A DNA stretch of 61,341 nt, filler included, from 9 parts of 9 records of this genome joined end to end with filler, not necessarily neighbours in it, one strand, 5' to 3'. Numbered from the whole stretch's first letter, positions 29,659 through 41,493 are shown. Notes: generated by a model from the sequence alone, not told the origin. Numbers and translations: made by a program.

Positions 29659-30987
29659 ATGACAAACAAGATTTCATCCGTTCCCGCAGGCAGCGGAAAA
29701 GTGGGTTTTATCAGTCTTGGCTGCCCCAAGGCCCTGGTTGATTCCGAGCGCATCCTGACCCAGCTTCGGCTGGACGGCTACGATGTGGTACCGACCTATA
29801 ACGACGCTGATATCGTCGTGGTGAACACCTGTGGCTTTATAGATGCCGCCAAGCAGGAGTCCCTAGATGCCATTGGTGAAGCAATCAATGAAAATGGCAA
29901 GGTCATCGTAACCGGTTGCATGGGTGTTGAAGCGGACAAGATACGTGACACTCACCCGGGTGTTCTCGCCGTGTCCGGCCCACACGCCTACGAAGAAGTT
30001 GTGGGAGCGGTGCACCAGTTCGTACCGCCGAACAAGCAACACGATCCGTTTACGGACTTGGTGCCTCCTCAGGGAATCAAACTGACCCCCCGGCATTATG
30101 CATACCTGAAAATTTCCGAAGGCTGCAACCACCGATGCACCTTCTGCATCATCCCGTCCATGCGCGGCGACCTGGTCAGTCGCCCGATTGGTGACGTGAT
30201 GGACGAGGCCAAGCGCCTGGTGGACGCTGGCGTAAAAGAGCTTCTGGTGATCTCCCAGGACACCTCTGCATACGGTGTCGACACCAAGTACCGTACCGGA
30301 TTCTGGCAGGGCCGCCCGCTAAAGACCAAGATGCAGTCCCTGTGTGAGGCGTTGGGTGAAATGGGCGTTTGGGTGCGCCTGCATTACGTTTATCCCTATC
30401 CGCACGTGGACGATGTGATCCCGTTGATGGCGGAGGGCAAAATCCTGCCGTACCTGGATATCCCGTTCCAGCACGCCAGCCCGAAAGTGCTCAGGGCCAT
30501 GAAGCGCCCGGCCCACGACAGCAAGACGCTGGAACGCATTCGCAAGTGGCGTGACATCTGCCCGGAGCTCACCATCCGTTCCACCTTTATTGTCGGTTTT
30601 CCCGGCGAAACAGAGGAAGATTTCCAGTACCTGCTGGATTGGCTGGATGAGGCTCAGCTTGATCGTGTCGGAGCCTTCAAATACAGCCCGGTGGAAGGTG
30701 CGAGGGCGAACGAGATCGAAGGTGCCGTTCCGGAAGAGGTGAAGGAAGAGCGCTTGGCCCGGTTCATGGAAAAACAGGCTGAAATATCAGCGGCCCGATT
30801 GCAGGCCAAAATCGGCCAGACTATTGACGTTCTCATCGACGAAGTCGACGAAGAAGGCGCCATCGGCCGCTCCAAGGCGGATGCGCCGGAGATTGACGGC
30901 ATGGTTTACCTCAACGACGAAACCGATCTTGTTCCGGGGCAGATTGTTCAGGCTGTGGTCGAGCATGCGGATGAGCATGCTCTATGG
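29659..30987 (+). CDS. rimO: Ribosomal protein S12 methylthiotransferase (3' end truncated)
   Basis: [22 protein letters not shown] radical-SAM motif, DAPEIDG TRAM domain. Confidence 0.95.
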
Positions 30988-31087
30988 NNNNNNNNNNNNN
31001 NNNNNNNNNNNNNNNNNNNNNNNNNNNNNNNTTAATTAATTAANNNNNNNNNNNNNNNNNNNNNNNNNNNNNNNNNNNNNNNNNNNN
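30988..31087. other. Artificial contig linker
   Basis: N44-TTAATTAATTAA-N44. Confidence 0.98.
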
Positions 31088-32083
31088 ACTGAGCGAGACT
31101 TCTGTCCCGGGCGAAATATGGACGCGTCCGGGCAGGCGGGCAGTTGCCCCGTCTGTTCCGGGGATCGCGACAAAGACATAGGTTTCCGCACCCAGAAATT
31201 CGCTGCCCGTGACGGTGGCGGCAATGCCCCAAGCTGTTTGGTCCGGTTCAGTCGCAAGGATCAAATCTTCGGGGCGGATGCCAAAGGTCAGGGTGTTGGC
31301 AGTGTGGCCTTCGGGGATGACATCTTCTGGCAGGGCCGAGGCGGGTAAAAGCGCCATTGGCGGACTGCCAACAAAACCGGCGGCAAAGGCACTGGCCGGT
31401 TGCAGATAAAGATCCGCCGGATTGCCAGATTGCTCGATCTTGCCATCCTTCATCAGGATAACAATGTCGGCCATGCTCATGGCTTCGGTCTGATCATGGG
31501 TGACATAGACAACCGTGATCCCAAGACGCTGCTGCAAATCACGAATGTCCTTGCGCACGGAATGGCGTAATTTGGCATCAAGGTTTGATAACGGTTCATC
31601 CATCAGACACAGCGGATGACCAGCGACAATCGCACGCGCCAATGCCACACGTTGGCGCTGCCCACCGGAAAGCTCGGACGGTTTGCGGTCTTCATATCCT
31701 TCAAGGCCGGTGACATTAAGTGCCTGGGCAAGACGGGTTTTAATCTCGTCCTTTTGGGTCTTGCGGACCTTCAGGCCAAAGATGATGTTTTCCGCCACAT
31801 TCAGATGTGGGAACAGGGCATAGGATTGAAACACCATCGAAAGGCCGCGCTTGGAAGGCGGGCTGTTGGTGACATCTGTGCCATCAATCAGAATGCGACC
31901 CTGATCGGCCGTTTCCAGACCGGCGATAAGACGAAGGGTTGTCGATTTGCCACAGCCCGACGGGCCAAGCAAAACAACGAAACTGCCGCGCGGGATATCA
32001 ATCGAAAGATCATGCACCCCGTTGCCGCCGTTAAACACGCGCGAGACGGAATGGATCTGGATAAAGGGTGTTTCGGCCGTCAT
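31088..32083 (-). CDS. MalK/UgpC-like ABC transporter ATP-binding protein (3' truncated)
   Basis: GPSGCGKST, VFQSYALFPH, LSGGQRQR, DEPLSNLDAKLR. Confidence 0.92.
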
Positions 32084-32865
32084 TTAAGAACTTCGCTTTT
32101 TGCAATGTGAAGGCGGGAACGGACGTCTTGTCGATCAAACAGCGGCGCAAACGGCCCGTCGGGGATGCAATCGACAACGACAATGTCCGGGTCGGTGATA
32201 TGCCCGCCCTTGGCCGGGGCAGGGCGACCAAATTTCGATTTGTCAGCGACCAGAATGGAATTGCGGCAATTCCCGGCTATGGCCTGGCGCAAAGACACTT
32301 CGCGGTGGTCAAAATCGGTCAGCGTTCCATCGGGTTCGATCCCGCCAACCCCGAACAGGCCGTAATCGACCTTGTAATTATTAAACATCGCTTCGGCGTC
32401 CGGGCTGATGACATCGCGATCTGGTAAACGCAGCGTCCCACCGGGAATAACAATCCGGTTGCCGGGATTGTTGCCCAGCGCCATGGCGGCATTCAGATTG
32501 TTCGTAATCACGGTCAGATGGCGATGATCGACCAGATTAAGCGCGACCAGCTCCAACGTGCTGCCAATCCCGATCAGGATCGATGCGCCATCAGGGATCA
32601 GATTGGCGACATACAACGATATGGCGTGCTTGGCGGCGATATTGGTGACTTGCCGACTGTCATAAGACAGGTTCATGCCCGGTTCACCGGCATATTCAAC
32701 ACCGCCATGGCGACGGCGCACCAGATTGGCGTCGCTGAGCATATTGACGTCGCGGCGCACTGTTTGCGGTGTAACAGCAAAATGATCTGCAAGGGCTTCG
32801 ATCGAGGCAAAGCTGTCGCGGCGCAGAATGTCGATGATGTCGCGTTGGCGGGTCGAAATATTCAT
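32080..32865 (-). CDS. DeoR/GlpR family transcriptional regulator
   Basis: RQRDII...FAVTPQTVRRD, RRHGG, VITNNL, ADKSKF. ATG 32865 preferred over TTG 32877. Confidence 0.92.
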   Translation of the reverse strand: MNISTRQRDIIDILRRDSFASIEALADHFAVTPQTVRRDVNMLSDANLVRRRHGGVEYAGEPGMNLSYDSRQVTNIAAKHAISLYVANLIPDGASILIGIGSTLELVALNLVDHRHLTVITNNLNAAMALGNNPGNRIVIPGGTLRLPDRDVISPDAEAMFNNYKVDYGLFGVGGIEPDGTLTDFDHREVSLRQAIAGNCRNSILVADKSKFGRPAPAKGGHITDPDIVVVDCIPDGPFAPLFDRQDVRSRLHIAKSEVLK

Positions 32866-32901
32866 TTGATCGTTCAACTTGTTGCTTTGAACATGAAAAC
32901 G

Positions 32902-32956
32902 ATCATACGCGGCTTCGTTGTCACTAAGATTTCAGAAGCATGACATTCAGGTGAAT
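32902..32956 (-). promoter_or_regulatory. Pho-box (PhoB-type) promoter
   Basis: Minus strand has four units at exact 11-bp spacing (ATTCAC, TGTCAT, TGAAAT, TGACAA), then 10 bp, then a TATGAT -10 element. Confidence 0.65.
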
Positions 32957-33057
32957 GTTGGGCGGGAGGGTGAAAGCCGCAGAAAGGCTTGTGTTAGAGC
33001 AAGATGTTCACCTGAATGTCAGTTCAAACACCCTGTTGAACGGCGATTTGTGACAGA

Positions 33058-33084
33058 AATGCCGCCCGGATATCGGGCGGCATT
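33058..33084 (-). terminator. Rho-independent terminator
   Basis: AATGCCGCCCG-GATAT-CGGGCGGCATT downstream of the oxidoreductase gene. Confidence 0.7.
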
Positions 33085-33113
33085 GTACCGGCGTAGCGTT
33101 TGCTCGACCGGGA

Positions 33114-34067
33114 TCAGGCAAAGATCAAAGATTGATGGGCACCAAATCCGGCCATGATCCCTGCGGCCGAGGCAAGGGTTGCATTATGACGGGCGGCCGC
33201 AGCATCGCCGGCGGCAAAAATGCCGGGTATAGTGGTTTCCTGTGATGCATCGACCTTGATGAACGGGCCTTGTGGTCCGTCATCAAAGGCACAGCCAAGC
33301 AATTCGGCAACGGGAGACGGCATTGTGACTTTCGGCCCGGTAAAGACCGCCGTGATTGGCAAGGTACGGCCATCTGCCAGACGCACCGCCTCAAGTACCG
33401 GGGCGGTTCCAAGAAGTGCGACCACAGGACTGTTTTCAATCGTGATGCCACGTTGCGTCATTTTTGCGCTCGTCTCGTCATCGGGCAGATAGACGCCTTG
33501 CGTGAAATAGGTTGTCGGCCCCCAATCGGGCAGCATCATTGCCTGATGGCTTGATTGGGGCATGGTGGCGATGACGCCGATCTGCTCGTCGCGGACTTCA
33601 TGTCCATGGCAATAAGGACAATGCAGAACCGTCACACCCCAACGTTCTGTCATGCCGGAAATATCGGGCAGGATATCGCGCACACCGGTCGCCAGAATGA
33701 TGCGGCGCGCGGTGATGCATTCGCTGCCCTCGATCGTAATGTCAAAGCGCATGTCGCTGTCATGTGGACCTGCATGGGGCACTGCGTGGCTAACCAGCCC
33801 GTCGCGCATGGTAACTGTTGGATAGGCCATAAGCTGCGATATCGCCGTCTTGCGAATTTCCGTCGGGCTTTTGCCATCCAGCCCCAGAAAACCGTGTGAT
33901 GTCAGGGCAAATCGATTACGCGGTTTGCCCGCGTCGATCACACAGATATTGCGTCGGGCGCGGGCAAGCTGCATCGCGGCGGTCAGCCCGGCAAAACTGC
34001 CACCGATAATGGCGACATCAAATATCGGGCGGGGGGATGTTTCGTTGAGGATCGTTTTGGGGATCAT
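33114..34067 (-). CDS. Thioredoxin-reductase-like NAD(P)/FAD oxidoreductase (CPYC)
   Basis: IIGGSFAGL, ILATGVRD, HCPYCHG, GIFAAGD. Confidence 0.9.
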   Translation of the reverse strand: MIPKTILNETSPRPIFDVAIIGGSFAGLTAAMQLARARRNICVIDAGKPRNRFALTSHGFLGLDGKSPTEIRKTAISQLMAYPTVTMRDGLVSHAVPHAGPHDSDMRFDITIEGSECITARRIILATGVRDILPDISGMTERWGVTVLHCPYCHGHEVRDEQIGVIATMPQSSHQAMMLPDWGPTTYFTQGVYLPDDETSAKMTQRGITIENSPVVALLGTAPVLEAVRLADGRTLPITAVFTGPKVTMPSPVAELLGCAFDDGPQGPFIKVDASQETTIPGIFAAGDAAAARHNATLASAAGIMAGFGAHQSLIFA

Positions 34068-34332
34068 GATCTTGGTCCTGCTTGTCTGGTCAGAATGTGA
34101 TTTATGTATTCATGTAACTTTATAAGTAACGTAAATTGCGAGTGTCAATTATCTTGTGACTTTAACTGTATCGTGATTGCTGAAAATGCAGGCGTTCGGC
34201 CAGAAAAATGAAGAAGGGCAGCAGAGGGAAAGGCGAGGGATCACTCAACTCGTGATGCGTTGCCTGTCAGATAGCGGTGTGGGAGTCGCGGATCAAAGGT
34301 CGTCTTTGTTGTCTCTAGAGATCCGAATGACC

Positions 34333-34365
34333 AAAAGAAAACCGCCCTTGTGAAAAGGGCGGTTT
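34333..34365 (-). terminator. Rho-independent terminator
   Basis: AAACCGCCCTT-GTGAA-AAGGGCGGTTT with a T-rich tail on the minus strand, downstream of the LOG gene. Confidence 0.75.
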
Positions 34366-34454
34366 GATAGGCTTTACGATGGTGTTTAAGGGCCGGATTC
34401 TGTCGGTGTCACCACCAGATCAGGCGGCACAGCATGTGCGCGACCGGCGCAAAC

Positions 34455-35039
34455 TCAGAACAGTTTTTCGCGCGGATCGAACTTCGGCGCCGGTTCGGCA
34501 GCAAGTTGTTCGAAGATTTCTTCCAGCGTATTGGCAACCGTGAACAGGTTTTTGTGGCTTTCGCGCGCAAAGCCATCGGCAATGATGCCATCGATCATAT
34601 CAAGGCATTTATCCCAATAGCCAAGGGCGTTGAAAAACACCATCGGGGTATCATGGATGCCAAGTTGACGCAGGGTCATGGCTTCAAATGCTTCATCCAG
34701 ACTGCCAAGCCCCCCGGCAAGGGTGACAAAGGCGTCGGATCGCTTGAACATTTCGACTTTGCGTTCATGCATGGATTTGCACACGATCAATTCGGAAAGG
34801 CCGGTATGGCCGACTTCGATATCGTCGAGATGTGCGGGGATAATGCCGACCACTTCGCCGCCATTCTTCATGACGGCATCGGCAACAGCCCCCATCAGGC
34901 CAATGCGGCCTCCGCCATACACCAGCTTGATGCCGCGTTCGGCCATCATTTTGCCAAAGGCGATGGCATTTTCCATGTGACGGGGATCTTTGCCGTCTGA
35001 TGCGCCACAGAATACACAGATTGATTTTACATTTGTCAT
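34455..35039 (-). CDS. LOG family nucleotide 5'-monophosphate nucleosidase (TIGR00730)
   Basis: ICVFCGAS, LVYGGGRIGLMG, MHERK, AGGLGSLDE. Confidence 0.9.
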   Translation of the reverse strand: MTNVKSICVFCGASDGKDPRHMENAIAFGKMMAERGIKLVYGGGRIGLMGAVADAVMKNGGEVVGIIPAHLDDIEVGHTGLSELIVCKSMHERKVEMFKRSDAFVTLAGGLGSLDEAFEAMTLRQLGIHDTPMVFFNALGYWDKCLDMIDGIIADGFARESHKNLFTVANTLEEIFEQLAAEPAPKFDPREKLF

Positions 35040-35392
35040 GGCGACCTGCCTTTTGCTTTTTGTTTCGCAGGTAGCGGGCAGCAGCAGATAACACCGCCGC
35101 ACACCCGTACTCACATTGACCATAGCCGATCAAACCGGCCTTGGGGCAAGAATTTCCGCAGGGCAGCATTTAAATTTTAATGACGCGATCGCGCCGCATT
35201 TTCGTTGCTTTTACCTGCAAAAAGGCCAATCAGGTCTGACAGCTTGATTAATCGCGCATGTTTCGCCTGAGGGTTAACAAGTTATGAACCTGATTGTGGG
35301 AAGGCTAGTGCAGCCGGACCAGTGCAGCAGGAAAACGTCTTGCTGCGCATTCATGAAACAAAAAGAAGGCAGGATCGCCCAACGTGTTTGTC

Positions 35393-35492
35393 NNNNNNNN
35401 NNNNNNNNNNNNNNNNNNNNNNNNNNNNNNNNNNNNTTAATTAATTAANNNNNNNNNNNNNNNNNNNNNNNNNNNNNNNNNNNNNNNNNNNN
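35393..35492. other. Artificial contig linker
   Basis: N44-TTAATTAATTAA-N44. Confidence 0.98.
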
Positions 35493-37002
<1,510 letters not shown>

Positions 37003-37022
37003 TCAGTGTAGGGATCAGGATC

Positions 37023-37070
37023 CTATCGATCAAGTTGTTTTTATAAATTTACGCTATAGGCTATGCCAAT
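37023..37070 (-). promoter_or_regulatory. Possible OxyR site upstream of katG
   Basis: ATTG-N7-CTAT and ATAG-N7-TTAT elements (minus strand); only a partial match to the ATAG-N7-CTAT repeat. Confidence 0.35.
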
Positions 37071-37353
37071 AGACATTGTTTGCCTGCAGCATTTCAAGAA
37101 TATGTCTGTGGCGGTTTGCAGTAAACAGGCAACTTGAAATTGATCCGTTCAGTTTCATCACCACAATGCATGCGCCCATGGCAGCATCTTTCCATGAATT
37201 CCACCAAAGGCATTTTCTGTGCTCAGGGATAACCCCAGTGCGTTTTTATTAAATAATAATCAAGGTTATGGATCAATTTAAGTTATTGATTTATAAATAC
37301 TGTTAACTTTTTTTATTGAGTTCAGAGTTCGGTATGTCTAAAAAAATACTTGA

Positions 37354-37369
37354 ACTCCGAATTCAGAAT
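37354..37369. promoter_or_regulatory. Palindromic operator copy 1 (consensus ATTCTGAATTCAGAAT)
   Basis: ACTCCGAATTCAGAAT, 14/16 match, upstream of the Rieske/PQQ operon. Confidence 0.65.
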
Positions 37370-37449
37370 ATATATATTAAACCCACAACAAAAATATAGC
37401 TTTCTCGCCCCCAAGCGGGTACCGCATGAAACAAGGAAGGAGATGACAC

Positions 37450-38052
37450 ATGCAAAAAGAGGACAAGTGTTGCGCCTGTGCAGGAGCGCAACCTTTTGAT
37501 GATTCACGCCGCAGGGTGTTCAAAATCGCGGCAGCAGGTATTGCTGCCAGCTTTGGTGTTGCTGGCAATGCCAGCTTGGCATCGGCGGATGCTGCAATCG
37601 ACGGCCCGGTGGCTGGCGACTTTCTGGTGGATGACAACGCCGAAGGCGAGATCAAGCCGATCACGATTGACGACCTTGCTCCACTGAAGCCACTGATTGT
37701 TTATCCGCTCAACCCAAAGACAAACAAGCCCAAAACCGATTCCCGCTTGAATCGCATTGTGTTGATTCGCATGAACAGGGCTGATTTTAGCGACGAATCC
37801 AAAAAAGTCGCTGCAGGCGACGTGTTGGCATTCTCGTCCATTTGCACACATCAAGGTTGCGACGTGAAAACCTGGATGTCGGCTGACAAGGCATTGGCCT
37901 GTTTTTGTCATGGCTCGAAGTTCCAGCCGCTGGATGCGGGTGCCGTGGTTGTTGGCCCTGCCACGCGTGCCATGCCTGTGTTGCCAATCCGTTTGGACGG
38001 CAAAAAAATTGTGGTGGCCGGCGGATTTAAAACACCGCCGGGTGTGGGTTGA
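37450..38052 (+). CDS. Tat-exported Rieske [2Fe-2S] protein (AioB/QcrA-like)
   Basis: SRRRVFK twin-arginine signal; CTHQGC and CFCHGS motifs; GPATRAMP. Confidence 0.9.
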   Translation: MQKEDKCCACAGAQPFDDSRRRVFKIAAAGIAASFGVAGNASLASADAAIDGPVAGDFLVDDNAEGEIKPITIDDLAPLKPLIVYPLNPKTNKPKTDSRLNRIVLIRMNRADFSDESKKVAAGDVLAFSSICTHQGCDVKTWMSADKALACFCHGSKFQPLDAGAVVVGPATRAMPVLPIRLDGKKIVVAGGFKTPPGVG

Positions 38053-38129
38053 TTGCCCGCTGTTGTAAACGACATTAAAACCAGGCGGACGAAAAGTTCG
38101 CACACTTTCCATTTTTGGAGGAGACGACA

Positions 38130-39860
38130 ATGAAGGCTTTTGCGAAGTTGGTGTTTGCGGGTGCTGTGGCGATGAGCCCGTTTGCATCTGCGCATTCTGC
38201 GTTGGGCGACTACACGCCTGTGACTGATGAGCGGTTGAAAAATCCCGAACCAAAAAACTGGTTGCAATATCGGGGCAATTACCAGGGGTGGGGCTACAGC
38301 CCGCTGAACCAGGTCACCGACAAGAACGTTGAGAAACTGAAGCTTGCATGGGCCTTTACCACTGGGCAAACGGAAGGGCATCAGGCCCCTCCGATTGTGA
38401 ACAATGGCTATATGTTTGTGACCACGCCGGGCGGGCAGCTGATTGCCTTGAATGCCAAAACCGGTGAAGAGTTGTGGCGTCACCGCAAGACACTTCCGGG
38501 CGAAATGCTGCAACTTCACCCCACCAACCGTGGTGTGGCTTTGTATGGCGACAAGGTGTACGTTGCCACCGTGGATTGTTTCCTGATTGCGCTGGATGCC
38601 AAAACCGGCAAGGTGGTGTGGGAAAAGCCCGTGGGTGACTGGAAGGCCCTGCAGTACATGACCCTGGCGCCATTGGCGGCCAAAGGGAAAATCATGGTGG
38701 GGTCTTCGGGCGGTGAAACCGGTGTGCGTGGTTTTGTTGCAGCCTATGATGCTGAAACAGGTGAAGAAGCCTGGCGAACCTACACCACCGCAGCCCCAGG
38801 CGAACCCGGTGGCGACACCTGGCCCGGTGAAACCTACAAGAACGGTGGCGGCAGCATCTGGATTACCGGTACTTATGATGCCGACACCAACCTGGCCTAT
38901 TGGGGCACCGGCAACCCTGCACCCTGGCCAACCGAGGGACGCAAGGGTGACAACCTGTACACCAGCTCCGTGATTGCACTGGACGTAGACACCGGCAAGT
39001 TGAAGGGCTACCACCAATACACGCCCAACGATGCCTGGGACTGGGATGAAGTGTCAGCCCCTTTGCTGATTGATACCAAGGTGAACGGCAAAATGACCAA
39101 GACTGCAGTTCATGCCGGACGCAGTGGTTACCTTTGGGTGCTTGAACGCACCAGCAGCAAAATCAATTTCGTCAATGCCTATCCCTTCGTGCACAACAAT
39201 GTGTTCACGTCGATCGATCCAAAAACCGGCCGCCCCACTTACGATAAATCCCGTACACCTGGCATGGGCAAGGCTGTGTCGTTTTGCCCCTCGCTGTGGG
39301 GTGGAAAGGATTGGCCGCCAGAAGCGTACAACCCAAAAACCGGTTTGTTGTACATCCCTGCAAACGACAACCTGTGTGCAGAACTGCCCCCGGCAGAACC
39401 CACCAAATACAAGAAAGGTGAGTTGTACATTGGTTACCCGATTGAAGGCATTTTGACCGGGCTTCGCTGGAAAGATGGCAAGCAACCCAAAACCATGGGT
39501 GAAATTCAAGCTTGGGATCTGAACACAGGCAAGCAAGTGTGGGCGCACAAGTTCCCCACTTTCAACTGGGGGCCTTTGATGACCACCGCAGGCAACCTGG
39601 TGTTTGGTGGCGGCACGAATGACCGCATGTTCCGTGCTTTCAATGCAAAAACCGGCAAATTGCTGTGGGAAACAGCAACGCCTTCCGGTGTAACCGGTGT
39701 GCCCAGCACGTTTGAAGTGGACGGTGAGCAGTACATTGCCGTGCTTTCAGGTTGGGGCGTGGATTCACAGCGCATGCAGGGCAACGTGGATCGATTGACA
39801 GGCAAAACCACCGTGGTGCCGCAGGGTGGCACGGTCATGGTTTACAAGCTTCAAAAATGA
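38130..39860 (+). CDS. PQQ-dependent alcohol/polyol dehydrogenase, possibly lanthanide-dependent
   Basis: Sec signal; YSPLNQV, GGETGVRG, GTGNPAPW, WDWDEV; W-docking repeats (TGEELW, TGKVVW, TGKQVW, TGKLLW). Confidence 0.92.
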   Translation: MKAFAKLVFAGAVAMSPFASAHSALGDYTPVTDERLKNPEPKNWLQYRGNYQGWGYSPLNQVTDKNVEKLKLAWAFTTGQTEGHQAPPIVNNGYMFVTTPGGQLIALNAKTGEELWRHRKTLPGEMLQLHPTNRGVALYGDKVYVATVDCFLIALDAKTGKVVWEKPVGDWKALQYMTLAPLAAKGKIMVGSSGGETGVRGFVAAYDAETGEEAWRTYTTAAPGEPGGDTWPGETYKNGGGSIWITGTYDADTNLAYWGTGNPAPWPTEGRKGDNLYTSSVIALDVDTGKLKGYHQYTPNDAWDWDEVSAPLLIDTKVNGKMTKTAVHAGRSGYLWVLERTSSKINFVNAYPFVHNNVFTSIDPKTGRPTYDKSRTPGMGKAVSFCPSLWGGKDWPPEAYNPKTGLLYIPANDNLCAELPPAEPTKYKKGELYIGYPIEGILTGLRWKDGKQPKTMGEIQAWDLNTGKQVWAHKFPTFNWGPLMTTAGNLVFGGGTNDRMFRAFNAKTGKLLWETATPSGVTGVPSTFEVDGEQYIAVLSGWGVDSQRMQGNVDRLTGKTTVVPQGGTVMVYKLQK

Positions 39861-39997
39861 TGTAACCGCCCCTGGTGTGCGCCGCTGAGCAGAGCAGGAC
39901 GCGCACCGGTCGAGGCGGCTTCGCTTCTTCGTTTGATTCTGGATTCATGCAGTGAAATTCATGCTGCAGGGGATCCCTTTACCTGGAGGTTCAGGCC

Positions 39998-41434
39998 ATG
40001 AGCAGCAAAACATATAAAAACTTCATCAACAACCAGTTTGTTGATTCGTCCTCGGGGGCAACAGTCGAGGTTCGCAATCCAGCCGACAATGCTGTGCTTG
40101 CAGTGGTGCCCGATTCCAGCCGTGAAGATGTTGACCGTGCTGTGCAGGCTGCAAAAAAAGCGCAGCCCGCCTGGGAAAAACTTCCCGCCATTGAGCGCGC
40201 CAATCACATTCGCGCCATTGCCGCGAAAATTCGCGAGAACAAAGAACGCATTGCCAAAGTGATTACGCAAGAGCAGGGAAAAATTCTTGATCTGGCCCGC
40301 GTGGAAGTGGATTTCACCGCCAACTACATGGACTACATGGCCGAGTGGGCACGCCGCATTGAAGGCGAGATTATTCAAAGCGATCGACCCGGCGAAACAA
40401 TTTTTCTGCACCGCAGGCCCATTGGTGTAACAGCGGGTATTTTGCCCTGGAATTTTCCGTTCTTTCTGATTGCCAGAAAGATGGCACCGGCGCTGGTGAC
40501 GGGCAACACCATTGTGATCAAGTCAAGTGAGGAAACGCCGATTAATGCATTTGAATTTGCCGAGCTTGTTGCGCAATCCGGCTTGCCTGCCGGCGTGTTC
40601 AACCTGGTAAGCGGTGGTCGTGAGGCGGGTGGTATTTTGTCCAGCCACACCGATGTGGGTTTGATCACTTTCACTGGCAGCGTGCAAACCGGCATCCGGA
40701 TCATGGAAGCGGCTGCGAAAAACCTGACCCGAGTGAACCTGGAATTGGGTGGCAAGGCACCAGCCATTGTGCTCAATGATGCGGACCTGGAATTGACTGC
40801 AAATGCTTTGCACGGATCCAGAATTTTGAACACCGGGCAAGTGTGCAATGCAGCCGAGCGTGTGTATGTTCAGCGCGGCATTGCCGACGCACTGGTGGAT
40901 CGTGTCAGCAAGCTGATGGCATCGACCCGTTATGGCAACCCCATGACAGAAAGTGGCTTGCAAATGGGCCCACTGATCAACCGGGGTGGCCTGGACAAAG
41001 TGGCCAGCCTGGTGGGCAAGGCGCGCGAGCAGGGTGCTGAAGTAATTACTGGTGGCAGGATTGCCGACCGCGAAGGTTTCCACTACGAGCCCACCGTGGT
41101 CGCGGGTTGCAAACCCGACATGGACATCATGACCCAGGAAATTTTTGGCCCCGTGCTGCCGATCCAGATTGTGGACGATCTGGACGAAGCGATTGCCCAT
41201 GCCAACAACTCCGAGTTTGGCTTGACCTCGTCGATTTTCACGCGCGACCTGAATGCCGCCATGAAAGCCACCACCGAACTTCGCTTCGGTGAAACCTACG
41301 TGAACCGTGAGCATTTTGAGGCCATGCAAGGCTTCCATGCGGGGCGCAGGAAATCAGGCATTGGTGGTGCCGATGGCAAACACGGCCTGTATGAATTCAT
41401 GGAAACCCATGTGGTGTACATGCAAACCCATTAA
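39998..41434 (+). CDS. aldA: AldA-like NAD-dependent aldehyde dehydrogenase (lactaldehyde/glycolaldehyde type)
   Basis: EWARRIEGEIIQSDRPGE, PWNFP, LELGGK, GQVCN, AMQGFHAGRRKSGIGGADGKHGL. Confidence 0.88.
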   Translation: MSSKTYKNFINNQFVDSSSGATVEVRNPADNAVLAVVPDSSREDVDRAVQAAKKAQPAWEKLPAIERANHIRAIAAKIRENKERIAKVITQEQGKILDLARVEVDFTANYMDYMAEWARRIEGEIIQSDRPGETIFLHRRPIGVTAGILPWNFPFFLIARKMAPALVTGNTIVIKSSEETPINAFEFAELVAQSGLPAGVFNLVSGGREAGGILSSHTDVGLITFTGSVQTGIRIMEAAAKNLTRVNLELGGKAPAIVLNDADLELTANALHGSRILNTGQVCNAAERVYVQRGIADALVDRVSKLMASTRYGNPMTESGLQMGPLINRGGLDKVASLVGKAREQGAEVITGGRIADREGFHYEPTVVAGCKPDMDIMTQEIFGPVLPIQIVDDLDEAIAHANNSEFGLTSSIFTRDLNAAMKATTELRFGETYVNREHFEAMQGFHAGRRKSGIGGADGKHGLYEFMETHVVYMQTH

Positions 41435-41493
41435 CCCAAAGCAGTTGAGCAACCCCAACGAGCCCAGACTCACAATTGATAAAAGGAATAAAC

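Noticed and set aside
27142-30987. Apparent clustering of two methylthiotransferases (mtaB, rimO) with cysDN as a sulfur-modification system
   Set aside because: mtaB lies on a different contig across a linker; cysDN-PilZ-rimO looks like ordinary housekeeping context.
35274-35392. CtrA-like TTAA-N7-TGAA site and a gene start at the contig end
   Set aside because: Imperfect match, and only about 13 codons of the downstream ORF are visible.
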